From the NCBI GenBank assembly GCA_026981655.1, contig JALSIJ010000131.1, forward strand, positions 3,217 through 67,216: a DNA stretch of 64,000 nucleotides. Direction: 5' to 3'. This DNA comes from Rhizobiaceae bacterium (GTDB taxonomy: Bacteria > Pseudomonadota > Alphaproteobacteria > Rhizobiales > Rhizobiaceae). A program made the position numbers and the translations under genes. Below are positions 48,016 to 57,044 of the stretch, one piece after another. The notes under the pieces were generated by a model. That model was given only the letters and a program-made list of their open reading frames with translations. It made no database searches and was not told where the DNA came from. Each line of letters opens with the position of its first letter. Positions within the stretch are counted from its first letter, which is position 1.

Positions 48016-48744
48016 TTATGACGGCTCGAACAGTTCTGGCCTTTCGATCTCCAGCGGTTCCAGGTATTTGATTAATTGGCGCAAATGGCTGCGGGTTGCC
48101 GTTCTGGCCTGCTGGTGATTCCCCGCCTTAATAGCGTCAATAATTTCCCGGTGTTCGGCGACAGTTTCCTGGATTCTGCCCGGGGAGGGCAAATTGAGTT
48201 GCCGGGCGCGATTGACTTGAACCCAGGATGATTCTGCCAGTGTCTTTAATCTCTTAAACCCGGTGAATGACATGATCAATTCGTGCATTTCTGAATCTTT
48301 GATATAGAATGCAGCAAAGTCGCCGCCACTGATCATGGCTTCCTGTTCATTGAGGTTTTGATAAAGTTGCGCAAGTTGGTTGTCAGTGATTTTATCGACA
48401 AGATATTCGACGGCGGCAAGTTCCAGTGCCTCGCGCAAAAATGCCCCTTCTTTGATTTCATCCATCGAAAATAACGAAACATAGGTTCCCGCTTTGGGAA
48501 CAACTTTCACCAGGCCTTCGCTGGCCAATATTGCGATTGCCTCTGAAACGGGGGAGCGTGATACGCCAAGTTTTTCGCAGATTTCGCGCTTTCGAATAAT
48601 TTCACCTGGATGATAAGCAAGCGATAGAATTGCCGTTCTCAATACAAGATAGACTTTGGTGGCCAGCGAGCCGTCAAAATTTGTGAGGGGCAGCAAATTA
48701 CGTGTGTTTTGGTTGTCTTTTTGCATTTGAATTACAATGTTCAT
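48016..48744 (-). CDS. GntR family (FadR/FCD-type) transcriptional regulator
   Basis: About 236-242 aa. Has a winged HTH (ICEKLGVSRSPVSEAIAILASEGLVKV) and a helical C-terminal FCD-like domain. The start is the ATG at 48744 or 48726. Confidence 0.88.
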   Translation of the reverse strand: MNIVIQMQKDNQNTRNLLPLTNFDGSLATKVYLVLRTAILSLAYHPGEIIRKREICEKLGVSRSPVSEAIAILASEGLVKVVPKAGTYVSLFSMDEIKEGAFLREALELAAVEYLVDKITDNQLAQLYQNLNEQEAMISGGDFAAFYIKDSEMHELIMSFTGFKRLKTLAESSWVQVNRARQLNLPSPGRIQETVAEHREIIDAIKAGNHQQARTATRSHLRQLIKYLEPLEIERPELFEPS

Positions 48745-48751
48745 AAATACG

Positions 48752-48763
48752 CTAACATGTTAG
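48752..48763. promoter_or_regulatory. Perfect 12-bp palindrome CTAACATGTTAG, candidate autoregulatory GntR operator
   Basis: Identical to the 12-mer at 43498-43509. It lies 8-26 nt upstream of the GntR start candidates. Confidence 0.55.
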
Positions 48764-48860
48764 ATAGAGCGCCATCCTGTCAAGGTGACCGAATGCAATA
48801 TTGGTGCCTTTTAACGTCAATTCTGTTATTTGTGCAATTCCCGTCATCCTGGAATTGGTT

Positions 48861-49688
48861 ATGTATTTGAAATCAATGCTCAATAAAGTCGCCCTTTATC
48901 TGGTTTGCGCCATTATTGTTTTGCTGCTCGCGTCAGCTATGGATAGTTCTATTGCCGCAGAAAACTACTCCTGCTCGGCGGAAGCTACCAGGATACCCAC
49001 AGCAGATTTTGAACCAAAGTCTCTGGCTTTTCGCGATGCCCGACAAATGCGATATGTTGCCGGAAATATTGTAATTGCCGGGAATGGGTATTTTTCTGCC
49101 ACAATTCGCAAGCAAATAGCTGAGGGAGTTGCTAAAACCCTAAACGACTATAGTGGATTTGCAGATCTTAGCGTTAGTCCGGTTTCAGGAAGTCCGGATC
49201 GTTATGGCCGAGAAAGAGTAAATTTGTTTGGGGAGGCAAATCAACATTGGATGCAGTTGGATTTGGTTGAAGCAGGTTTGGCACTGGTTTACCCGGAGGA
49301 TGGCGCGCCAAAGTGTCTTGAACGATTGTTTGAGGCTGAAAGAACTGCCCGAAAAAATAAGGCAGGGGTCTGGCAAGTTCCGGGTCTGATTATGCATTCT
49401 AATGATGCTGATTGGCAAAAAAGAGCGCAAAGTTTTCAAATGGTGGAGGGGACATTGTTGTCAATTGGTAAAACCAGTTCCAGATATTATCTGAATTTCG
49501 GTGATAATTGGAGTGAGGATTTTACTGTTATTGTTGCAAAACGTAATATTAAGCGGTTTAAGATGAAGTATGATGATTTGAAGCGGCTGGCTGGTAAGAA
49601 AATCAGGGTACGGGGGTGGCTGATCCAGGATCGTGGACCATTGATAGAGTTATTCCATCCCGGGCAGATTGAAATTGATATCCAATAG
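48861..49688 (+). CDS. Staphylococcal-nuclease-like (thermonuclease family) protein with an N-terminal signal/anchor
   Basis: About 275 aa from the ATG at 48861 (MYLKSMLNKVALYLVCAIIVLLLASA). Has an SNase-like block (VEAGLALVYPEDG...FEAERTARKNKAGVWQ). Confidence 0.7.
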   Translation: MYLKSMLNKVALYLVCAIIVLLLASAMDSSIAAENYSCSAEATRIPTADFEPKSLAFRDARQMRYVAGNIVIAGNGYFSATIRKQIAEGVAKTLNDYSGFADLSVSPVSGSPDRYGRERVNLFGEANQHWMQLDLVEAGLALVYPEDGAPKCLERLFEAERTARKNKAGVWQVPGLIMHSNDADWQKRAQSFQMVEGTLLSIGKTSSRYYLNFGDNWSEDFTVIVAKRNIKRFKMKYDDLKRLAGKKIRVRGWLIQDRGPLIELFHPGQIEIDIQ

Positions 49689-51222
49689 CAACTATTATTC
49701 AGACGCAGATATTCCGAAATTCGGTATAGAAGTTGAAGCCGCACAATCGGGCAGCCGTAAGCGCCGTTTTTGTGTGCGGGTGTTTGTGTTTGTATCACTT
49801 GCCTGGATGGTTTCTTCTTGCACGCTGTTTTCGGGCGATAAAAACTCCAAGCTGGAACAAGTATTAAAACCTTTGCCGCTGGCTAACAGTTCGACAAACC
49901 CGGAAGATCGCATCGGTGCAAAGGAACACCCGAAAATTGTCGCAGCAAATGGTGGAGTTTATACCGATCCAAAACTTGCGGGCATGTTGTCGGAAATAGC
50001 ACTGACACTGACCACACATTCCAGCAGCAAGATCAAGAATTACCGGATTACAATTTTAAACTCACCATCCGTCAATGCTTTTGCGTTGCCCGGTGGTTAT
50101 CTTTACGTGACCCGGGGATTGTTGGCTTTGGCCAATGACAAAGCAGAAATCGCGGCGGTTTTAGCGCATGAGATCGCCCATGTTACCGCCAATCACGGTA
50201 TCAAGAGAATTAAGCGACTTGAGGATGCGAAACTGGCGGACCGTGTGGTGCTGGATGTTTTATCCAATGACAGGGCGGGAAGAGTTGCTTTGGCTGCCAC
50301 CAAGATCAATTTGGCAAAGTTTTCTCAAAATCAGGAATTGCAGTCCGATCTTCTAGGTATCCGAATGTTAGGCGGGGCCGGTTACGACCCCTATGCGGCG
50401 GCACGGTTTTTGGGCGCAATGGGGGCCTATTCAAAATACCAGACTTCGCTTTCCAGCAGAAATCCGGATGCAGACTTTCTTTCAACCCATCCGTCAACTC
50501 CCAAACGAATAGAGTTGGCAAAACGCCATGCGCGGGCATTTGGGCGCCCGGGAGCCGGTATTTCTAATCGCGATTTGTATTTAAATGCGATTGACGGGAT
50601 GCTATATGGCGATAGTGCACAAGAAGGATATGTGCGCGGGCATCAGTTTTCGCATGTCGGTCTTGGCATAACTTTCAGTGTCCCAAAGGGCTATGATATT
50701 GATAATAACGCTAAAGCTGTGGTGATTAGTGGTCCTAATCAAATTGCTATCCGTTTTGATGGAATTAGCCAGCCTGCCAGTGTTAGCCTGGAAGAATATC
50801 TGACCAGCGGCTGGGTTAACGGTTTGAAGCGGAAGCAAACAATTACCACCATTGTTAATGGGCTGGAGACGGCTTACGGCGAGGCTGAGGCCGATGGCTG
50901 GACTTTTAATATTACGCTGATACGGGTTAATTCACAGATATACCGGTTTATTCTGGCCGCTCCAAAAAATGCAAAAAATCCAGCTCGGATTGCAAGGCAG
51001 GTATCGGATAGTTTTCGCAAACTTGATCGCGTGGAAAAATTAAATTTAAAGCCTTTGAGAATTAGGGTCGTGCGTGTTGGAGCCAGTGGATCAATTACGC
51101 AGATTGTAAGCCGTATGCAGGGCGTGCGTCGAAAGCTGGACTTGTTTCGGCTTCTCAACAGATTGAAGCGGGGGACAAGGTTGAAACCCGGCAGCCGGGT
51201 AAAAATTGTGGTGAGCAGATAG
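49669..51222 (+). CDS. M48-family zinc metalloprotease, probable lipoprotein, with a C-terminal LysM-like segment
   Basis: Has HEIAHV in AVLAHEIAHVTANH and a lipobox-like WMVSSC. The C-terminus (VVRVGASGSITQIVSRMQG...LNRLKRGTRLKPGSRVKIV) looks LysM-like. The ORF-track TTG start overlaps the previous gene, so the true start is probably further downstream. Confidence 0.8.
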   Translation: MKLISNSNYYSDADIPKFGIEVEAAQSGSRKRRFCVRVFVFVSLAWMVSSCTLFSGDKNSKLEQVLKPLPLANSSTNPEDRIGAKEHPKIVAANGGVYTDPKLAGMLSEIALTLTTHSSSKIKNYRITILNSPSVNAFALPGGYLYVTRGLLALANDKAEIAAVLAHEIAHVTANHGIKRIKRLEDAKLADRVVLDVLSNDRAGRVALAATKINLAKFSQNQELQSDLLGIRMLGGAGYDPYAAARFLGAMGAYSKYQTSLSSRNPDADFLSTHPSTPKRIELAKRHARAFGRPGAGISNRDLYLNAIDGMLYGDSAQEGYVRGHQFSHVGLGITFSVPKGYDIDNNAKAVVISGPNQIAIRFDGISQPASVSLEEYLTSGWVNGLKRKQTITTIVNGLETAYGEAEADGWTFNITLIRVNSQIYRFILAAPKNAKNPARIARQVSDSFRKLDRVEKLNLKPLRIRVVRVGASGSITQIVSRMQGVRRKLDLFRLLNRLKRGTRLKPGSRVKIVVSR

Positions 51223-51306
51223 TCTGGGTTGTCTTGCATATAAAAACGCACCAGCAAAATGCCAGTGCGTTTGAAATAATTAGAATATTTAAGCTAAAAT
51301 ATAGAC

Positions 51307-51450
51307 TGTTTCACATTTAGATGGAAACAGTCAGGCTTCGAAGAGAAGCCCGGCGCGTTGCGCCGCACCCGCGTAGGCTGGGGTTTAGCCCCAAATTGCC
51401 GTGAGCGAAAAAAACAAGAGCGATTCCATCCAATGATGAAAAGCTCTAGC
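51307..51450 (+). repeat. Structured intergenic repeat, copy B (plus orientation, longest copy)
   Basis: Hairpins CTGTTTC-acatttagatg-GAAACAG (51307-51330), GGCTTC-gaaga-GAAGCC (51334-51350), CGGCGC-gtt-GCGCCG (51351-51365) and TGGGG-tttag-CCCCA. Core GCCGTGAGCGAA at 51398-51409. The tail GAGCGATTCCATCCAATGATGAA matches the reverse complement of 5290-5312. Confidence 0.7.
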
Positions 51451-51544
51451 GCATTCAATTCTCGTCAGTCGATATGCGTTTTTCTTTTTGTCGCATGTCT
51501 TTATTCCTGAAACCGGTGCCCACTTTTAGGAGGCAAGCTTTAGA

Positions 51545-52177
51545 CTAAGCGGCAGCTACTTTTTCAGCGGTTACCGGCTCACTGGCGGGTTTGCCGGCAG
51601 TTTCACTGGTAGCCTCGCTCGCTTGTTCTTCAGTTTTCGGCCCGCGTTTTGGCCCAAGCGCAAGGTTTGCTTCAATCAGGTTTACGGCTTCCGTATCCGA
51701 GAGTTTGTTTACAACAGCAAGCTCGCGCGCCATGCGTTCAAGGGCCGCTTCATAAAGTTGGCGTTCTGAATAGGATTGTTCTGGTTGGTTTTCAGAACGA
51801 AACAAATCGCGTACCACTTCTGATACTTGAATCAGGCTGCCTGAATTGATTTTCGCATCATACTCCTGCGCGCGGCGGCTCCACATGGTCCGTTTAACCC
51901 GGGCGCGGCCTTGTACCGTTTTAAGTGCTTTTTCAACCAAAGAGGTGCTCGAAAGCTTACGCATTCCAACCGATATGATTTTGGGAACCGGAACCCGCAA
52001 TGTCATTTTGTCCTTTTCGAAGTTAATGACAAATAACTCCAGAGCAAATCCGGCAACTTCCTGTTCTTCAATATCAATAATCTGCCCAACACCGTGAGCG
52101 GGATAAACTACGTGTTCGCCTGTCTTGAAGCCCTGACGTTGTGTTGCTTTTTTTGCGGTTGCCATTATTTTGTGCAC
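51545..52177 (-). CDS. carD: CarD/CdnL family RNA-polymerase-binding transcription factor
   Basis: About 206-210 aa. Has FKTGEHVVYPAHGVGQI and then the CarD_CdnL_TRCF pattern. Confidence 0.9.
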   Translation of the reverse strand: MHKIMATAKKATQRQGFKTGEHVVYPAHGVGQIIDIEEQEVAGFALELFVINFEKDKMTLRVPVPKIISVGMRKLSSTSLVEKALKTVQGRARVKRTMWSRRAQEYDAKINSGSLIQVSEVVRDLFRSENQPEQSYSERQLYEAALERMARELAVVNKLSDTEAVNLIEANLALGPKRGPKTEEQASEATSETAGKPASEPVTAEKVAAA

Positions 52178-52684
52178 TCCTATTTATCATCGGTGATCCG
52201 ATGTGAATGATCAATTCTGCTGGTTGCAGAATGATTTGTCGTTAGCTGCGACTGATTGTTATCAAAGTTGCTTTGCTTCGACTGTCGCTTAAAATATGTA
52301 ATGGGCGCAATATGCGTTCCAACAGATTGAAAGCGTTCATGGTGAACTAATTTTTCAGCCTTGGTTCGGTGTCAAACAAACCACGCAATACGCAAATGCG
52401 CATTGTTTTTAGTGGCTGAATTAAATGTGAATCCTTAACTTTAGGGAAGTCGGTGTTGCGGTTTCTTGGTCCAATATTATTAGGGACGGAATCAAAAAGG
52501 ATGATTGATTTTACTTTCTTTTCCTATTGCCGAACCCAATTCGCCGACGATTTCAATAGTATACACTAAAAAAGCGGAAAAATCAACGGTTTGAGGCCGA
52601 GGCGGATAAATTCAACGCGAAAGAAGCAAAAATTGGTAAATTTGGTGACAGCCCCAGTTCAATTTAAATTGCTCAAAGGAGCAA

Positions 52685-53023
52685 TCAATTTCCTTCACCA
52701 GGCTCTTTGGAGAAAAATTTCTCAAACTTGTTTTCGATGCCGTCAAACTTTTCGCCATCGGCCGGTGGTTCGCCCTTGGCAATGATATTTGGCCATTTCT
52801 CGGCATATTCGGTGTTGATTTTCAACCATTTCTCCAAGCCCGGCTCAGTGTCAGGTTTGATGGCTTCTGCAGGGCATTCCGGTTCGCAAACGCCGCAATC
52901 TATGCACTCTTCTGGATGAATGACGAGCATGTTTTCGCCTTCATAAAAACAATCGACCGGACATACTTCGATGCAGTCCATATATTTGCACTTTATGCAA
53001 TTGTCGATGACGAGATAGGTCAT
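52685..53023 (-). CDS. fdxA: 7Fe-type ferredoxin
   Basis: 112 aa from the ATG at 53023 with a GGAGA Shine-Dalgarno. Has [26 protein letters not shown]...[12 protein letters not shown]. Confidence 0.92.
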   Translation of the reverse strand: MTYLVIDNCIKCKYMDCIEVCPVDCFYEGENMLVIHPEECIDCGVCEPECPAEAIKPDTEPGLEKWLKINTEYAEKWPNIIAKGEPPADGEKFDGIENKFEKFFSKEPGEGN

Positions 53024-53112
53024 GTCTTTCTCCAAGGAATACGGAAAATTTCGAAGGATGCTCTAACTCTTTCAATGGGTAAATACAAGAGCCTGAGGGT
53101 TGTGAATTGAAT

Positions 53113-53523
53113 CTAGAACTCTTCTCCGGCTTTTAAGCGGAATTCAGCTATTTTTCGTCGCTCGCGTTTGGTGGGTCGCCCGGCACCCTCATCTCTTACG
53201 GCCTGTTTGGCTGGCCTGTTCACAGGTGTCTGGCGTATAACGGGTGGACTTAAATCTTCAAACAGCAATTGCGCTTCGCTTGCTGGTCCCCGGCGGGTGC
53301 CGATGGAATTAATGCGGTAAACTAGAATTCTGCGCGGCAGGGTAATTGTTAATGTGTTTTCCGGCCTTACCGTGATGCTGGGCGAACTTGTTTTAACCCC
53401 GTCAATGCGGATTTTGCCTGCGAGTACCAGCTTTTTTGCGATGGTTCTGGTTTTGGCAATTCTGGCAAACCAAATCCACTTGTCCAGGCGAATTTTCTGA
53501 TCTGGTTCTGCTACAGAGGTCAT
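53113..53523 (-). CDS. RNA-binding S4-domain protein (Hsp15-like)
   Basis: 136 aa. Has IRLDKWIWFARIAKTRTIAKKLVLAGKIRIDG. Its start overlaps the helicase stop (ATGA). Confidence 0.85.
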   Translation of the reverse strand: MTSVAEPDQKIRLDKWIWFARIAKTRTIAKKLVLAGKIRIDGVKTSSPSITVRPENTLTITLPRRILVYRINSIGTRRGPASEAQLLFEDLSPPVIRQTPVNRPAKQAVRDEGAGRPTKRERRKIAEFRLKAGEEF

Positions 53524-56465
53524 TTATTTGATTCGAGGCTGGCTTTCAGGGCGGCAAGTTTGGCAAATGGCGAGTCCGGATCCATTGTCTTTTCAGGTTT
53601 TTTCTTGTGTCGAAATGCACCAGATTTTACCGAATTTCTTGGGTTCTTCCGATTGTGCCGGTTTTGGTTGTCGTTTCGCCCGGATTTGCCTTTGGCCTGA
53701 TGTTGGCCTGGTGATTTATTGTGGGAACGGGCGTTTGAATTGCTCCGGTTTTGTCTGGCAGGTCGCCAGATTGAAATTGTCTTTTCCTCTTCTTCGGCTT
53801 TGGCAGGAGTGGCTGTCTCAGCTTCCGCCTCTATCTTCTCGGCTTTCTTTTCAGAATTGGGCGATGCATCTTCGACATTTTCACCAGATGGCTCGTCTTT
53901 TCCGTTGGTTTGTATATCGACATCACCTGTTGCCTGTTTGGTCTGTTCGCGCTCCGCTTCAATTGTTGATGGATCGATCAGCGCCAGGCGGTTCTTGATA
54001 AACTCTTCGCTTTTAATGTCAGCCTGATAACCAAGGGTGGAAAGAATCTCGTTCATGTCCTCGTGGGTAGCGCCCAATATGGACATCATGGCTGGCGTTA
54101 CCATAAACCCGGTGCCTTCAAATCCACCATCCGGCCGCTCAACACCCTTGCCTTCACGCCACATGATTGCCGGTCTTATCAGATCTGCCAGGCGTTCGAG
54201 AATATCAACCCGAACGGCCTTTTTACCAAGAATGCGGAAACCGGACAGGCGGTAAAATTCGGGCAGAAAATCAGGATTAATCGCAACAGAAGTTCGGCCA
54301 GCCGCGGAAATTTGCGGAATTTCTGTCAATCCGTTGGCATCGAGCTTTTCGTGTTTCATTGCCCATAATATGGTTGCAAGTGCTGCCGGGGATGGCTTTA
54401 AAAGAGCTGGCATGAAAATATGATAGGCACCAAAGCGAACACCATGCCGCCGCAGCAGACCACGTGCTTCCTGATCGAGCGCGCGAATATCATCGGCGAT
54501 ATCGCGGCGATCAATGACACCGAGATTTTCCACCAGACGAAAGGCAACACCACGCACAAGGCCATCAAAATCTTTCGCGGCCGCAAGATCAACCAACGGT
54601 TTTAATAATGTCTCAATGTGAAAGCTGAGCCAACGCTCAAGTCGGCTTGCGACCTTGTCTCTGGCAGGCCCGGTTAGCTGTTCATCGGCCAGCAAAATTA
54701 CTTGAGGTTTTAAGAGTTCATCGCCGGTTGTAGCTTTGGCAACCGGATCACCTAGCCAACGGATGATGCCATTGGATTCCAGTGCGAAATCGGCATTTGC
54801 ACCAGCGGTCAATTTATCGGCACGGGATTCGATTTCTGTGCTCAACGCTTTTTGAGCCGCATTGCGCGCAGCTTTTGCATCTTGTCCCTCGGCAGATTTA
54901 TCAGCAGTGAACCGGAATCCACTCAATCGACCAACGTGGTGGCCTTCAACTTTAACATCACCGGTATTACTGATTTCAACGTCTAGCATTGCATTTTCTC
55001 TAAGTCTTTTCATTAACACGCTTGTCCTGCGGTCCACGAAGCGTTTCGTCAACCTTTCATGCAGGGCATCAGACAATCTGTCCTCAATATCACGGGTTTT
55101 TTCTTGCCAATGTTCTGGATCAGGCAACCACCCGACCCGGTTTGAAATAAAAGTCCAGGTTCGAATATGAGCTATTCGGTTTGAAAGTGTATCAATTTCG
55201 CCTCTGGTATCATCTGTTTGCGCAACTTGTTCGGCAAACCATGTTTCGTCAATGGAGCCGGTATCTGCTATATCCTTGAAAATACTTGCTGTCATATCAC
55301 CATGATTTGCAGGGGCAATGCGGCGATAATCTGGTATTTGGCAAGTTTCCCACAAAAGTTCGACATTCGCGGCATCACTCAAGCGCTCGAAAATTGCCTG
55401 GTCGCGTGCCAAATATTCAAGTGTGCGCTGGTCAGTTGCCGGCGGAGCCTTGACAAGAAGCGGATTATTGCTTGGAACTTCAAGCGAGTTTTGAAGGTTT
55501 TTCAAACTCGATGTATCAAGTCTTCTATTGCGCCATTGCAAGACCTTTGCCGGTGCAAACGCATGGGTTTCCAGCGCTTCGATCAAATGTTCGTCAAAAG
55601 GATCAACCTGACCGGTTACGCCAAATGTACCATTATTTGTGTGGCGTCCGGCGCGTCCGGCGATTTGGGAATATTCTGCCGGGGTCAGCTGGCGGTATTG
55701 ATGGCCGTCGAATTTCTTGTCCTGGGCAAAGGCCACGTGGTTCACATCCAGGTTTAGCCCCATGCCGATTGCATCTGTTGCCACCAGGAAATCAACATCG
55801 CCCGATTGGTACAGTTCTACCTGCGCATTGCGGGTGCGGGGTGAAAGTGAGCCTAAAACCACGGCAGCCCCGCCACGTTGACGGCGAATAAGTTCGGCAA
55901 TCGCATAAACTTCGTCGGCAGAAAAGGCCACAATGGCGGTGCGCGGGGGGAGGCGGGTGATTTTTTTCTGTCCGGCCCAGTTTAGTTGTGACATGCGCGG
56001 CCGGGTGATTACATTAACCCCCGGTAGCAGACCTTCCAGAACCGGGCGCACGGTGGCCGCGCCCAGCAACATGGTTTCATCCCTGCCGCGCAGATTTAAA
56101 ATACGGTCGGTAAAAATATGACCCCGTTCGAGGTCGATGGCCAGTTGCACTTCGTCAATTGCAACAAATGATACATCCACCTTGTGAGGCATGGCCTCCA
56201 CGGTACAAACACGAAACCGGGCTGAGGGCGGAATGATTTTTTCTTCGCCGGTTATTAATGCAACTTCACTGGCACCCAGCCGTTCAACAATACGCTGATA
56301 TACCTCGCGGGCCAAAAGGCGAAGAGGCAGGCCAATGATGCCGTCTTTGTGGGCAATCATTCTTTCGATGGCCAGGTGGGTTTTGCCGGTATTGGTTGGC
56401 CCAAGCACAGCGGTTACACCACGCCCCGACATTGGCGACAGGTTGGAGGAATTGTTACTTTGCAT
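53520..56465 (-). CDS. SUV3-like ATP-dependent helicase-related protein with an acidic then basic C-terminal extension
   Basis: 981 aa. Has Walker A GPTNTGKTHLA, an AIDEVQ (DExx) box and helicase C motifs (ATDAIGMGLNL, QIAGRAGR). Confidence 0.88.
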   Translation of the reverse strand: MQSNNSSNLSPMSGRGVTAVLGPTNTGKTHLAIERMIAHKDGIIGLPLRLLAREVYQRIVERLGASEVALITGEEKIIPPSARFRVCTVEAMPHKVDVSFVAIDEVQLAIDLERGHIFTDRILNLRGRDETMLLGAATVRPVLEGLLPGVNVITRPRMSQLNWAGQKKITRLPPRTAIVAFSADEVYAIAELIRRQRGGAAVVLGSLSPRTRNAQVELYQSGDVDFLVATDAIGMGLNLDVNHVAFAQDKKFDGHQYRQLTPAEYSQIAGRAGRHTNNGTFGVTGQVDPFDEHLIEALETHAFAPAKVLQWRNRRLDTSSLKNLQNSLEVPSNNPLLVKAPPATDQRTLEYLARDQAIFERLSDAANVELLWETCQIPDYRRIAPANHGDMTASIFKDIADTGSIDETWFAEQVAQTDDTRGEIDTLSNRIAHIRTWTFISNRVGWLPDPEHWQEKTRDIEDRLSDALHERLTKRFVDRRTSVLMKRLRENAMLDVEISNTGDVKVEGHHVGRLSGFRFTADKSAEGQDAKAARNAAQKALSTEIESRADKLTAGANADFALESNGIIRWLGDPVAKATTGDELLKPQVILLADEQLTGPARDKVASRLERWLSFHIETLLKPLVDLAAAKDFDGLVRGVAFRLVENLGVIDRRDIADDIRALDQEARGLLRRHGVRFGAYHIFMPALLKPSPAALATILWAMKHEKLDANGLTEIPQISAAGRTSVAINPDFLPEFYRLSGFRILGKKAVRVDILERLADLIRPAIMWREGKGVERPDGGFEGTGFMVTPAMMSILGATHEDMNEILSTLGYQADIKSEEFIKNRLALIDPSTIEAEREQTKQATGDVDIQTNGKDEPSGENVEDASPNSEKKAEKIEAEAETATPAKAEEEEKTISIWRPARQNRSNSNARSHNKSPGQHQAKGKSGRNDNQNRHNRKNPRNSVKSGAFRHKKKPEKTMDPDSPFAKLAALKASLESNK

Positions 56466-56971
56466 GGATATTTTATTGGGGTCCGTTTTTCGCAGGGCGC
56501 ATCTTTATCGGTGTGACTTAGCACACGGGAGTGGCAGTGCCAATTGTATGTAATATCACAGTTTTGCGCCTTTGCGTTAATAAATGGAACGTGGCAAGAA
56601 CAAAACCGGCCCGAATCGCTGACCTGTTTCAGTTTTCTATTTGTTCTCACAAGATGTGGTAACGAGAATTGAACAAATCACAATTTTCAGGCATTCTTTT
56701 TTACTGATTTAGTCACTTGCCTCTGTGGCGTTAACTAATTAGCTCATATGAGAGCAGTTGTGTTTCAGTTAAAATCAGTTTTTAGCCGTCTGAATATGTT
56801 AATAAACTATGACAGTTACTGGTATTGTTAAAGTCATGAGTTGGCCAGATGTATCCAAATCAGGAACATAGCGGGCACGAATCAGCTTTTGACCGGCGTA
56901 TTTGGTTTGTTCTTGCTCTATATGGTGGAAAATGCGGAGGCATCCCTCAATATATAGACGTGTAATTTCTT

Positions 56972-57008
56972 AAAAAGCCGAAGGCCCGGCAAAGTGTTTA
57001 CGGGCCTT
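56972..57008 (-). terminator. Rho-independent terminator of the DUF3108 gene
   Basis: On the minus strand it reads AAGGCCCG-taaacactttgc-CGGGCCTT followed by CGGCTTTTT. Confidence 0.65.
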
Positions 57009-57044
57009 AACTTAATTGTCGTATATTGGCACATATGGTCAGGT

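Noticed and set aside
49669-49688. The 20-nt overlap between the SNase-like and M48 protease ORFs might indicate translational coupling of a nuclease-protease pair.
   Set aside because: The overlap depends on an upstream TTG. The protease more plausibly starts near its lipoprotein signal (around WMVSSC). There is no further evidence of functional linkage.
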